This document shows positions 26,301 to 38,849 of a stretch of 64,000 bases of DNA, piece after piece. The notes under the pieces were generated by a model. It did not search any database. It saw only the letters and a program-made list of their open reading frames with translations, and was not told the DNA's origin. The translations under genes were made by a program, and so were the position numbers. Position 1 is the stretch's first letter, and every line of letters starts with the position of its first letter. This DNA comes from Camelus dromedarius (taxonomy: Eukaryota), in assembly GCF_036321535.1 (NCBI RefSeq), contig NC_087436.1, positions 39,744,001 to 39,808,000 on the forward strand, read 5' to 3'.

Positions 26301-26891
26301 CAAATAATAAATATTAAGAGAAATGAGAAAATATGTTGAACTGAATGAAAATGACAATACAGCGTATCAAAATTTGTGATGTTCAGCTAATATACGTCTT
26401 AGAGTGAAATTTATGTCTTTAAATACCTATATTAGAAAAGAAGAAACATTTAAAATAAATTTTAAAATTTTCACTTTAACAAACTAAAAAAGAAGAGAAA
26501 CTTGAACTCAAAATAAATATAATAAGGAAATAGAAAAATTAGAAGAATCAGTGAAATATAAAATAGGCAAATAACAGAAAATAAACAAAGCTAAAAGTCA
26601 TGGGGTTTTTTTTGAAAATATTAATAATGATGATCTAGCAAGATTGATTTAGAAAAAATAATATACAAATTACTTATATCAAATAAAAGAGGATGTCACT
26701 ATAGATCCTATAAACATTAAAAAGAAAATAAAGGGTTAATTCTCATAACTCTATGCCAATACAGTTGAAAGCTTAAATGAAACAAATTCCTTAAAAAGTA
26801 CAATTTACCAAAAGTACCTTATGAAGAAACATAAAATCTGAAGAGTCTTACAGTGATTAAAGAAACTTAATTTGCAATCAAAAGCCTTCAT

Positions 26892-26970
26892 GCAGTATAT
26901 GCATGACTGAGACATTGTGTTGTACACCAGAGATTGACATGTTGTAATTGACTGAACTTTAATTAAAAAG
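26892..26970 (+). mobile_element. Very short young L1 3' end nested in the old L1
   Basis: TGTACACCAGAGATTGACA...A tail; TSD AAAAGCCTTCAT (26880-26891) / AAAAGTCTTCAT (26971-26982). Confidence 0.8.
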
Positions 26971-27084
26971 AAAAGTCTTCATAAAAAAAAAAAATCAAAT
27001 GTGGATGGCTTTACTGGTGAATGCTAGAAAACATTCAAGGAAGAAATAATTCCAATCTTGTGCAATATCTTAAAAAACAGATGA

Positions 27085-27440
27085 TATCACTCATATGTGA
27101 AATCTAAAAAAAAAAAGACAAATGAACTTATATATAAAACAGAAACAGATTCAGACATAGAAAACAAACTTATGGATACTTGGGGGGAAGGGAGTGGAGA
27201 GGAATAAGCTGGGAGTTCAAGATTTGCAGATACTGACTGGTATATATAAAATAGATAAACAAGTTTATACTGTATAGCATAGGGAACTACATTCAATATC
27301 TTGTATAGCTTATGTGAAAAAGAATATGAAAATGAATATATGTATATTCATGTATGACTGAAGCAATGTGCTGTACACCAGAAATTGATACAACATTGTA
27401 AACTGACTATACTTCGATTATAAAAAAGAAAAAAAACCTC
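27085..27440 (+). mobile_element. Young 5'-truncated L1 3' UTR nested in the old L1
   Basis: TSD AAAAACAGATGA at 27073-27084 and 27441-27452; A tail. Confidence 0.9.
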
Positions 27441-29692
27441 AAAAACAGATGAGTTGGAAACCAATCCAACTCCTTTTATGAGACCAGTGTAACCTTGATG
27501 CCAAAATCTAACAAAAACATTACAAAAAAGAAAATTATAGATCAATATCTCTCATGACCACAGGCACAAAATCCTTAATGATATGTTAGCAAATCAAATA
27601 TAGAATTATATAAAAGAGGCAGTACATTCAAGTGGGGTTTATCCCAGGGATGCAAGATTAGTTCAACATTTGAAAATGATTGATGCGATTAACCACACTA
27701 ACAGAATAAAGGAGAAAAAAGTCATTTGATCATATTAATAGAGGCAAAAGAAGAATTTGAAAAATTCAACATCCACTTCTTGATAATCGCCCCCAGACAA
27801 CTAGAAATAGGAGGAATCTTGTTTGATTTTATAGAGAAAATCTGCAAAACATATTAGAGCAAAAATCATGTTTAATGGTGAAATATTGAGCGCTCTTCCC
27901 TTAACACCACAAAAAAAGACAAGGATGTTTGCACTCATCATTTGCATTCTGCACTATAGTGGAGATGCTAGCCAGTCTAATAAAGCAAGAAAGAGGGGTG
28001 AAAGCATAGAGACTGGAAAGGAAGAAGTAAAACTGACTTTATTTGCAACCCTAGGGAGTCTAAAAGACAAAAGAACAATAACCTATTAGAATCCCTCCCT
28101 CCAAAATCCAGCATCAAAAAACATAAGAGCCTTATAGAAATAAATTTACCAAAAGATTTGCAGACCTCTATATTAAAAAGTACAAAACGTTGCTGAGAGA
28201 AATTAGAGGAAACCTAAATAAATGGAGAGCTATATCATATATACAGATTAGAAGACTTACAATTTTTAAAATGTCATTTTCCTCCAAAATGTATCTGTAG
28301 ATCTCTCATTACCCCAGTCAAAATCACAACATACTTTGTTTTTGTAAAAAAATCTTTTCAACAAATGGTGCTGGTTATTCTTATAGAATAGAGTAAATCT
28401 CACCCTAACTCATGTCATATATAGATATTATTTAAAATTGATCATATGCCTAAATGTAAAAATCATTAAAAGTAAAACTTCTAGAAAAAGTATAGGCAGA
28501 AATCTTGCAATCTGAGGTTAGGCAAAGATTTTTTAGACAGGACATAATAAATACTAGCCTTAAAATAATAAAAATTGATAAACTGGACTTCACTGAAATT
28601 TAAAACTTCTGCCCTTCAAAAGATACCATTAAGAAAATGAAAATGTAAGCCACAGAGAATATTTACAGTACATAAATCTGAACAAGGACTTGTATCCAAA
28701 ATATAAACAGAATTCATACAAATCAATAGTTTTGATTACAAAATTAAAAGTCTAGAATTGACACATCACAAAAGAAGATATGCTAATGATTAATAAGTAT
28801 ATGAACATATCATTGGTCATTAGGGAGATGCAAATTAAAGACAACATGAAAAATAATTTCATACCCTCTGAAATGGCTAATACTAAAAAGACTTAATACC
28901 ATGTGTTGGAGTGGATGTGAAATAACTGGTACTCTAATACATTGTTGGTGGGAGTATAACATGGTATAATCAATTTGGAAACTGGTTTGGCAGTCTCTTG
29001 TAAAGTTTAAATGACCATGTACTATATATGACCTGGTAGTTCCACTCTTCTGTATTTTCTTAAGGATGTGAAAATATATCACACAAAGATCCGGAGGCTA
29101 ATATTTAGAATAGCTTTTTTGTAAATCCCCAAACTGGAAATAAACCAGTGTACATGTACATGAATACATGAATAGATAAGCAAATTGTGGCACATTCATA
29201 TGATGGAATACTACTGAAAGCAATATAAAGAAATGAAATACTGATAGATACAACATGGATGAGTCTCAAAAACATACTGAGCAAAAGAAACGAGCCACAA
29301 AAAAGTGCTTAACAGATGATACCATTTATATAAAGTTCTAGAATAGGCAACACTGTGTCGTAGTGATTAAAGTCAGATCCGTGGTTTTCTGGAGGTGAGG
29401 ATGGGGGGGATTGATTACACAGAAGAGAATTTTCTAGGATAACAGAAATATTCTGTATCTCATTTGGGATGGTGGATACATGAATGTATACATTTGTCAA
29501 AATTCCTTAAACTGTTTGAAAATGTATGCTTTTGAGTGTATGCTTTAAAAATATATCTTAGTAAAGTATCAGTGGGAATGTTTTGCTTCAGTCCACTACT
29601 CATAGTCTGGGAGTGGGTCAGCAGGTGTGACAGTGGGGAAAAGAACTGGATGTGGACTTGGGAGACAGAGGATAAGTTAGAACCTGTGGGAC

Positions 29693-29931
29693 CAGTGCTC
29701 CTTTCTGTCATTCTGAGTAAGCATAGTGCCTGCAGAGGTGAATGGCTGTTTTTCAAATCTTGTACAAATTCCTCTAACGCAGAACCCTGCAGGGAATTCT
29801 GGGAAAGCAGGTTCCGGATTAACCAAGCTGACACAACACACCTTGGTAACCATGAATCACTATAATTCTATTTTTAGAAGAGAAAAAAACCCAAGCCTTA
29901 CAATTTCACCCACCAAAGGTTGAGAACACTG
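29693..29931. mobile_element. Possible MER5-like hAT element
   Basis: CAGTGCTC...TTGAGAACACTG terminal inverted ends; no 8-bp TSD visible. Confidence 0.35.
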
Positions 29932-30752
29932 GGGGAAAAAAATCTAAAAGTGCCACAGTTTTCCAAAGGGTAAAATTTTCACCGATGTTGTTTGCTGTCA
30001 AATTAACTTTTCTTACCTCATTTGCACATATGAAGTTTATTCATAAAGACTGTGCATGGTACACTGAGCAGCAGTGTGTTTTCTAAAGTCTCTGAATTCA
30101 CTACTCAGTTTTTTCCTCCCTCATTTTAGCTCCTTAGTGTTTACCATCCGGCTATTATTATGCAGGTCTTGTAAATATATATAATTACACATCAGGTTTG
30201 CATGTGGTCCAACAAGCCTCTTTCAGTGGGAGGGAGATATTTATAAGCACAGCTGCTGTTGTTACCATATTACTGTCAGGCCTCCCACCGAGGGATGAGG
30301 GAAAAATAGCAATAAAAACACACACCTCTCTTCATTATTTTTCTGGAGCTGCACAGTGAATTTGTGACCAGAAAGCCCAATTTTCTACCAGGTACAGATG
30401 CTAGATGTGACTGCTCTCAGGCAACGAGTGAGCCTCTCTGACGCATGTGAGTGAACTGCTGGAGAGGCAAAATATTTATACTTATCCCGGTGTCCGGAAA
30501 CGTTTACTCGTTATAAACTGCTTTCCCTCTACTTTTTCATTTTGCCTTTAACCTTGATAACTTCTTGGTTTATGAATACTTCTAAAATGTGAAAATTATT
30601 TTCTTTATTTCCTAATTCAGTTAATCACCAAATACCACGGATATGTATTCATTTTTCAATTTAACATTTATTAAACGTTTACTAGCTGCTGGAAAAGAAA
30701 GTGGGCACAGAGGATAGGAGGAGAAAAGATGAATTTAATGTGGCTACAGCTC

Positions 30753-30783
30753 TCCCCACCCCTCCCACCCCTCCCACCCCTCC
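30753..30783. repeat. 9-bp tandem repeat (CCCACCCCT) x3
   Basis: Directly visible. Confidence 0.9.
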
Positions 30784-31120
30784 ATGCCTGTGGCTGCTGG
30801 CCTCCTCTATACCTCATGGCACCAAGTGTGGTTTGTTCTTGATGTAAGACTCACCAGGAAAGTTTCCTGTACCAATGAATCAAGCTTCAGCCCTGCTGCA
30901 TACATCTTAAGGCATTCCCCCCCTCCCCTTCTGTCCCTTGCTTCCTCTGTAACAGCTCCACCCACAAATTTATTTCTACTGCTCCCATCCAAATTCAGTC
31001 TCACCTTATCCCCGTCACACTCCTACTCTCTTCCTCAGTGCATTCGGTTCAAGCCCGTCTCCCAGACTTTGCTCTGCTAGGGCTTTCTTCTCTTTCACAT
31101 CCTCTCCAGGCATTCTGACA

Positions 31121-31254
31121 ATTGTGTTTTTTTGGTGGGTGGGGAGGCAATTAGGTTTATTTATTTCTTTATCTAATGGAGGTACTGGGGATTGAACCCA
31201 GGACTTCATACATGCTAAGCCGGCACTCTACCACTTGAGCTATACTCTCCCCCT
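31121..31254 (-). mobile_element. tRNA-Ala-derived SINE (Vic-1-like), full length
   Basis: tRNA head plus AAATAAATAAACCTAATT tail on the minus strand; TSD ATTCTGACA at 31112-31120 and 31255-31263. Confidence 0.92.
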
Positions 31255-31444
31255 ATTCTGACAGTTCTTTGTCCTATATATGAATTTCCAATGAGGAAAC
31301 ATTGTGTATTAATGGAATTACATTAATCTGTTTTTCTCACTCTGTTTCATGGTTGTATGTTTTCCTAACTAAATTGTTAATTAAAATTTATCTACTTTTT
31401 TATGCTATGAAACTGCTGGCAGGCCATTTAATTCATAGACATCT

Positions 31445-31690
31445 GCAATGTAGTGATTAGGAGCCCAGATTCTGGAACCTTATACTGGATTTATATCTCA
31501 GCTACTTGCTATCTGATCCCCGGCAAGATATTTAATTTCTCTGTGCCTCAGTGCCTTCATCTGGATAGAGTGGATTATAATTTTACCTCTCTTATAGGAT
31601 TGATATGAAGATTAAGTGATAAAAATACTGGCAAAGTGCTTAGAAATGTGCCTACAACAAAGTAAATATTAGATTTTATTAGTAGTAGTA
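31445..31690 (+). mobile_element. MIR SINE
   Basis: Core TTAATTTCTCTGTGCCTCAGTGCCTTCATCTG; 3' part AAAGTGCTTAGAAATGTGCCT. Confidence 0.85.
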
Positions 31691-31899
31691 AGTAAATACT
31701 TATTAGTTGAAAACAGAGAAGCACATACACTACAATTAATAAAATACTTAAGAGCAAAAGGATACATTAGCAAGAATGATGACATGGAGAAGCTACTGAT
31801 TCTGTATTTAGTCAAAAATATATAACCTTCAAAGCTTCTCCCTTTGTCTTACTGACCTATCAACCCCCTAATCCTGCTCAAACCGTATTCCCCACTGAT

Positions 31900-32840
31900 G
31901 ATGATCACATCTTCACGACTGACGTTGCTTGGAGAAAACACTCAGTCATGCTGGCCAGTCGTGGTTTAAATTCATGGGCTCTAATATTTAGTCCACCATT
32001 AGGGCCTCCTGGGCAATCCATGTTTTCCTAGTTTTCCCCTCTTTCCTTGCCCTCAGCCAAACATTTCATACCTTCTCTTGGCTTCCTAATCCTTTATCAG
32101 TTTCTCCCCTGTCCTGATTCCCAGTGGAAAAATGAGCTTCCTATTGTGGTAAACAGAAGAGAACTTCCACAGTTTCTCACCAATACATCCCCCCACCTTC
32201 CTGCCCCTGAACCTAAAAGACTCTGCCCTCCCTCCTATTACTGAGATAAGCAGTTAGTGCTCCTGTCTAAGATCAACCCCTTAAACTGTGCACCAGCTCT
32301 TGTTCCTCCTGAATACTTAAGAGCATCCTTCCAGCATTCCTCCTCCCTCTTGCCTGCATGGATACTATTTCCCTCTGTACTGGATCGGTCTCATTTATAG
32401 ACAGACATGGCTATTTCTCTCATCTAGAATATCTTCTCTTCACCACCACTTCTTCCTCCAGCTATCAGTCCATTCCTTTGCGTCCTTACCACAAAATCCC
32501 TGAGTTGTCTATCGTCTCTATTTTCTTTTACCTTCTGAACGTAATCTGATCAGTCTGATGCTCCCACTACCCCACGAAAACTGTTCTTGCCAAGTTCACT
32601 AGTGACCTATCGGTAGTATTTGGTGTAACTGATCACTCTCGCTTGAAAACCTTTGTGGTTCTTTTTCTACCACATTGGCTCCTATTTTTCAATCTCACTT
32701 CTTCTTTCTTCTTGTAAAACTGACCTTTACAGAGAGACTGACTCAGGACCCAATCTTGAGAACCCTTATTCTCTACAGTTATACTATAATCTCCAGGTAA
32801 TCTTGTCTAGCTCCATGGCTCTGAGTAGCATATATATCAC
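31900..32840 (+). mobile_element. L2 body fragment; its tail resumes at about 33405-33462
   Basis: AAACTGTTCTTGCCAAGTTCACTAGTGACC and TGATCACTC motifs; tail ATTCAGTGAGTATTGTTGAATGAATAAATGAATGAATGA. Confidence 0.75.
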
Positions 32841-33400
32841 TTAGGGTTTGACCAGGGAAGCAGCATCCCCATGAGTGATTTGGAATAAGAGTTTACTATA
32901 GGTGTTAGGTCTTTTTGTGGTTGCTGGTGAAGAGGTTCCTTGGAAGGCTGTTGGCTCTGCATCTGGTATGTTTGAAGGTCATTGTAAATCAGTGAGGGCT
33001 GATAGTCTGGAAGAAAATCTGGACAAAAAGCTTGAGAGAGTGAAGGTGGCCCAGATCCAATGAGTCAGGGACAACTGGAATTCACCAGGACAAACTGGAA
33101 CCTGCCTCCAACTTGGACAAACTGAAAGAAGATGGTGCCCTGTGCCAGGGAGTTGCCCTCATGCTGGCCCAGGACTTGGAGAAGCTAAAGGAAGAAATTC
33201 AGTGCAAGTTAGAGGAATTGTGTGCCTGGGTGTGGCCCATGCCTTCAGATGCACGGGCAGATCAGCAACAGCATGTGCAAGCTCATAGCAGTGCCTGGTG
33301 TGCCAGCCTTCAGAGCTTAGGGCCAGCTGGTACACTTCTACCTTCCAGATTTTACACATACATCTCATGTGGTCAACCCTAGCACAGAATTCACTCTAAA
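32840..33400 (-). mobile_element. Old ERVL-type LTR inserted in the L2
   Basis: TTAGGGTTTGACCAGGGAAGCAG start is typical of antisense ERVL LTRs; interrupts the L2. Confidence 0.5.
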
Positions 33401-34179
33401 AAGGTTTTGGCTTATAGTAAGCATTCAGTGAGTATTGTTGAATGAATAAATGAATGAATGAAACAGCCATATCAGTAAATAAATTGAGCTTCTGATTTAG
33501 TTGAAAAATCTTTGGTAATGACTAAGTCCTTGGAATGGCATAGAAAGAGATTAATTCAACATTGTGGGGAGATAGTGAGGAGAGAGAGGAAACTATGATA
33601 GCACAGAGATGCCAAACTTGTCGTAAATTAAAGAAGAAAGGAAAAGAGAAGAAAATCATAAAAATCAGGAAGTAATAATTTCTTGATTTGCATTGTGCAA
33701 TTTAAAAATTGATGATAGTTTTTCCTTGCCTCTGCCTAGAAAAGAAAAGCAGTCCAAAGAAAAGTTAGCATAGAGAAATGAAAACAGAGGAAAGGACAAA
33801 AATTTGGGGAAAGCAAAAGGAAGACAAATGGCTTTAATGAATGCCACTGCTTGGCTATGATTAGGAACCACAAATGCTAATGTCACCTATTTACATAGAT
33901 TCTAACACTGCTTATCTGTTTGCTGAGAAGAGAAATTAGCTTATACTAGAAAATATGAAACTGAATAAAGCCCTAAATATTTATAGCCTGAAGAATAAAA
34001 CTGAGGAGAAAAGCTTATTTGTGGAATTTAAATATTTAATGCATTGCATTTGAAAAGATACTCTGTACCACAGTCCTGACAGAAACAGATAAAATAAACT
34101 AAAAAGCATGCTCACTCCCTCTATATGAGATATGCGTCCCAGACAATTAATCACAAGACTAAGGTGGCTTTTAAAGTTC

Positions 34180-34690
34180 CACTCATTCACTTCCTCCTTT
34201 ATTCATTTATTTGCCAAAGATGAATTCATGGCTTTCCATCTGCCAGACACGGCAAAAGGCACTGTGTTTAAGAACTTATCAGATATGATCCTCGACTTGT
34301 GAGCTTAGAGACTACCACAGTAGCAGATGCAAAGAACTAACCAGATACATAAATAATTGCAAACTGTGACAAGAGATAAAAAGGGAAAATGTAAGATGTT
34401 ATGAGCTATTAAAACTGGGAGACTTAATTTAGAGAAGCCTGTTCTGGGTCCAATTTACAATAAGAGCAGAAGGATCAGTAGGGCTTAACTAAGCAATGAA
34501 TGGGAAGGGTTTAAGTTTGGGGTAAAGGAACAAAAAATCTAAAGCAGGAAGAAAAGGCTTGGTGCATTTAGAACTGAAATCAGTCCAGAATGTTTGGGAA
34601 AGAATGTTTCTGAAGAGAAAGGCAGCGGTCAGGCTCTGTATGCCATTGTAGTCCTTGTTAAAGGATTTAGGAATTCATATTTGGTACTTC
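34180..34690 (-). mobile_element. L2 3' region
   Basis: TCATTCA...ATTCATTTATT tail followed by typical antisense L2 sequence. Confidence 0.65.
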
Positions 34691-34952
34691 AAATATCAAC
34701 ACTTTTATGTGGAGTTGAAAAAATACTATCAGAAAATTTTACACAAAGAGACAAGAATATTTGCATATGTTTTATTGCCAGAATCTAGGGAGAGAGACTT
34801 TGTAAACGATATCACCAATAGATAATTGTAGCTATCCTAGTATCACATGCAAATTCTGGGATTAGCATTTAAGTGCAAGTTGTTTGAGAGCTAATTCCAA
34901 GAAGCATGGTAGGGACATGGTGAATGAAATGAATCAAACAAAGAGCGGAAGC

Positions 34953-35907
34953 TGTCATGGATTTGTTACTGAACCAACTTGGGTCAGATCCATGTGTGCA
35001 GTAAAGCCAATCTACTGACGCTGGGCTGTGGTGAAGGAAAGTGTAGTGTTTATTGTAAAAGTGCCAATACAAGAAGAAAGGGTGGCTCATGCTCTAAAGC
35101 CCCCGAACTCCCTGAAGGATTTCAACAAAGCATTTTTAAAGGCCAGGTGATGGACGGTGGTCTCAAGGTGTGATCAGCTCCCGTGCAATTTTCTGATTTG
35201 TTGGTGTTGAGGTAACAGGACGGTTAACATTATCAATTCTTAGGTGCCCGTAGGTCTGGGGGCTTATGATCATCAAGTAGTTAATTTCCTCCATTTGATG
35301 GTGGTTTTAGCATCTGTAAAACAACTCAGGAAGTGTGCATCAGATACTATTATCTAGGTACTTCAGAGAGGAGCCACAGCAGAGGATATGGGGGAGGGAT
35401 CTGTCCCGGGAAGGCCGCATAGGGTCCTACTTGGTCACAGGCTGAATAGTGATCCCCACAATATCCACAGTCTAATCCAGGGAACCGGTGGATGTTACCT
35501 TATATGGTAAAGATGTCTTTACAGATGTGATTAAGGCAAGATTCTTTGATGTGGACAGATTATCCTAGATTATCCAGGTGAGCCCTAAATGTTGCTGCAA
35601 ATGTCCTTGTAAGAAGGAACCAGAGGGAGATTTGACTACAGAAGAGTAGGCTTCTGTGACAACAGAAGCAGAGATTGGAGTGAAGCACTTTGATAATAGA
35701 GGAAGTGGCCACTAAGAAGTGAAAAAGGCAAGAAACAGATTATCCTTAGAGCCTCCAGAGAGTGTGTGACTCTGCCAACATGAGTTTTGACCCACTGAAA
35801 CCCATTTTGGACTTGTCATCTCCAGAACTGTAAGATAATACATTTGTGTTGTCTTAAGCCACTATGGTTGTTACGATTTGTTACAGCAGCAATAGGAAAC
35901 TAATACA
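34953..35907 (+). mobile_element. MLT1B/D-like MaLR solo LTR containing a nested ERV1 LTR
   Basis: TG...GGAAACTAATACA termini; perfect 5-bp TSD GAAGC at 34948-34952 and 35908-35912. Confidence 0.9.
34964..35439 (-). mobile_element. Solo ERV1-type LTR
   Basis: TGTTACTGAACC...GGTCACA termini, TTTATT at about 35049; related to 61598-62178. Confidence 0.8.
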
Positions 35908-36258
35908 GAAGCAGATACAGAAGGATAGACATTAATAGGCAGATTATTCTGTAGGCAACTAGGGCTTAACGCTACAAATGATCTCTGGGAAACTATGAAA
36001 AATACCCCTCAGAGTTGTCACAGCCCAGTAGCCAGGAAGCTGGAATGATCATCAACCTACGTCCATTCATGACTCATTGAGTGTGGATTTCAAAGGTGTA
36101 ACTGCCTGGCACATCTAGACTTCATCTAGTGTGCTAATCACACACGCGTCTGAAGCCAGAGAAAGCCTTCAGACAGAAAGTGGCATATGCTTGCAGTAGG
36201 AGACCACTGGCATGTGTGGAAATGCTGAGGGATGATGGCACTGACAATGTCTGCAATA

Positions 36259-38520
36259 GTCCACCCCTTATAGCTTAAGCTACTCATGCTCATGTTAAGT
36301 TCTCTCTGTTCTTTCATTGATTTTTCAAATAAATCACAATTTCTTTTTTTTAAATCTCAAAACAGAGAGGACAGTGACACAAACCACAGTTCTTAGCCCC
36401 GCCTTCTGTAGTTGTTTCAAGGACCGTATTTGACGTTTATTTTGTCCCTCCTCTATTACTCATTCTAGATCTCTCTACCCTCAGGCAGCAATTCTGTGGG
36501 TCTGGAGTTTTTTGGCCTAGTGGGTAGTTAAGATCTTCACCAGTAAGGGATTTAAACCTTGTTTGCTGTGCCCTCATCAGGCTGTGAGGGCTGCAATTGC
36601 CATTGCCTATTCTTGCCTACTATCAGGTATGGACATTACTAATGAAGACCCAAAGAGTCCCCTTGGTTATGACAATTTCCTCCCTACTCTCATTGTGTAG
36701 AAACAACCTTACCTTCTTACGATGATCAGAGATAGATAATTACCCCTAACAATGTAGTAACTCCCTTTTCTGTTCGATGATCTGTAGCCATATAAAATAG
36801 AGGGGCATCTGTAGCTTTAGATTTTGTGAAGTCCTCACTGTGTCTGCAGGTAGAAGCATTTGGTCACCTAGAAAGCCCAATTTTCCCAAGTGGGACCTCA
36901 AGAATGATGCTGAGGGAGGTCACTTCTAACTTTTGGATTCCAGACCCATATATTGCAGCTGTCAGCAGTACTACACCATATAATAGTTGCTTCAAAGTAC
37001 ATACTTCATGTTAAGGAAAAATTCCCAAATATACAAGGCGTCATCCCCAAACTGATGCCTTAAATGCACCTTTGAGAGTTCATTGCAATGTTTTATTAGT
37101 CTGGAAACTTCCAAGTGAATCAGTACCTAGTAGGACTGGTAGATTCCAGAGTTAGGTGCACATTGCCACACCTCTTATATAATAAAGTAGTTCTCCTCAT
37201 CCAAGTCAACATGCTATGGGATCCTGTTTGATAAATCAGACACTCCATGAGGCTTTGAATAGTGGTATTATTTAAGCCAATGCAGAAAGAAAGGCAAATC
37301 TACATTCAGAACACACATAGTCTCAGTAAGGACAAATTGTCCCCTTCAGAGCAAAAGCAACTCAAAATAATCCATTGCCTCCCAATGACTGGTTAGGCTC
37401 CATATGTGATAGAACCATACTGAGTTTTCGTATCACCCTCTGTTGACAGTTGATAGGTTGGACTTTTAGCACCGACAGTCACTTACTAATCCTTGCTGAG
37501 AAGGAGCCTTATTGTTGGGCCCATGGTTAGCTTCCACACCTGCCATCACATCTATCCCATTTGTGGGCCCTTTGTGAAAGCACTGGGGTAGATTAGGACA
37601 GAGGCTGGCTGACATCCCCGAGGCAAATCATAGTATGCATTCTTACTCCGTGGTAGATGTTCTCTGGTGAATTTTGTTATGAGATTCAAAGCTGCACACA
37701 CTTTGTCTCCACTCACATAAGTATGTGTACATGCCTCATCTGTAGATTTCCTCGTCTCCGATCTCCCAGACTTGTTTCTTCCTGTCTCCTGACAAACCTC
37801 AAAAAACCATGCGTCACTGCCAAATTGTCCATGTATATCCTTACCTCTGACTACTTCTCCCTTGGTATCCAGTTGATGACCAAGTGTGCTGCTGAAAGCT
37901 TGGCCACTGAGGAAAGAATTTCCCCTGATCATTGTTTTCTAGGGCCACCATTGAGAGGAGCTGGAGCATGGCAGCAGTTAATTTCAGCTGGCACCAACAC
38001 ACTAAGTCAGCCAATCAGTAAAGTATGCCTGAGTTTCTTCCTCCTCCATCAGCCAGTCTTTGGGATTCCTCTCCAACCCATACCCCACCATGAGGTCCTA
38101 GTTATGAGATGAGGGAAAGGCATAAGTGCAGCAAGATTAGGTTACACGGGAGTCTGGTCCACATGTTGTGTCACTTACAGTGCCAGTGGACCTGAGTGTG
38201 TGCAGTGGTGAATCTGCCATTTCCATTATGTCATGGACTGCTGTTATGTCCACCCAGTCTTATGACTAGATGGGTCTGACAATATCAGCTCAAAAGAGGA
38301 AGCCCTTGTCACATTTAGTGTTCTGTAGTCAGACACTTATTTTCCCTAGGACCCGGAAGCATGCCAGAATCTGCTTTTCAAACAACTCATAGTTCTTTGC
38401 TGCAAAAGGCATGGTCTAGGATTCTAAGCTATGAGCACCTTACCAGGGCCTGCTAGAAACTCCACACAGCATCTTAACGTGGATACCTCTAGCACAATTG
38501 GATCTATCACATCATAAGAT
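36259..38520 (-). mobile_element. ERV-L internal remnant (pol: RT/RNase H, integrase, dUTPase-like)
   Basis: Minus strand gives EKGVTTLLGVI at about 36740-36770; frameshifted GKSSQWAEL- and YTDS-like RNase H segments at about 37800-37930. Confidence 0.75.
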
Positions 38521-38849
38521 ACAAGCCACAGAGTGTAGCAGTGGGGTCCATGTTGTCAACTGGCTGTAAGAAATCTAATTCCAGATTCTCATTTTAAGAG
38601 ATTGCTGCCTAACATCACTTGCAAATTGAGAAACTGACTCTGAGACTAAGATGGTTTGAATAAAAGTAGTACCTGAGATGTCATTCTAGGAAGCACTGGT
38701 AAGGGAAGGAATAAGTAAAACCAATAAGAGAAAAAAACTCAGTACAAGCTGTGTTAATGAGCAGGTTATTGCTGTCAGTAATGGTGCTCACCCCGCCGGT
38801 AGCCTCCAGGAGAACATGCCTTAGCTGCCCTCTGTCTCTACTCAGTGGT

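Larger units (their letters stand above)
24440..29565 (+). mobile_element. About 5-kb ancient L1 (L1ME/L1MD-type): ORF1 remnant, ORF2 remnant and 3' UTR, all disrupted
   Basis: Collinear L1 landmarks: GAGAAAATCTTGAGAGCAGCCAGA (ORF1), TATGCACCTAATAAC (YAPN), GTGGGGTTTATCCCAGGGATGCAAG (GFIPGMQ), GGAGATGCAAATTAA (EMQI), then 3' UTR. Confidence 0.9.
34870..36258 (-). mobile_element. LTR16/33-group ERVL LTR split by an MLT1 (own parts 34870-34952 and 35908-36258)
   Basis: AGTGCAAGTTGTTTGAGAG...CCAAGAAGCA at left; GGCACTGACAATGTCTGCAATA at right, followed by GTCCACCCC (antisense polypurine-tract-like). Confidence 0.7.

Noticed and set aside
24440..29565. Intact or active L1
   Set aside because: Many stops, frameshifts, deletions and nested insertions; no long ORF
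33113..33382. 89-aa ORF with a coiled-coil-like start (LAQDLEKLKEEIQCKLEEL)
   Set aside because: Non-ATG start, lies in an old LTR-like insert, no family recognised
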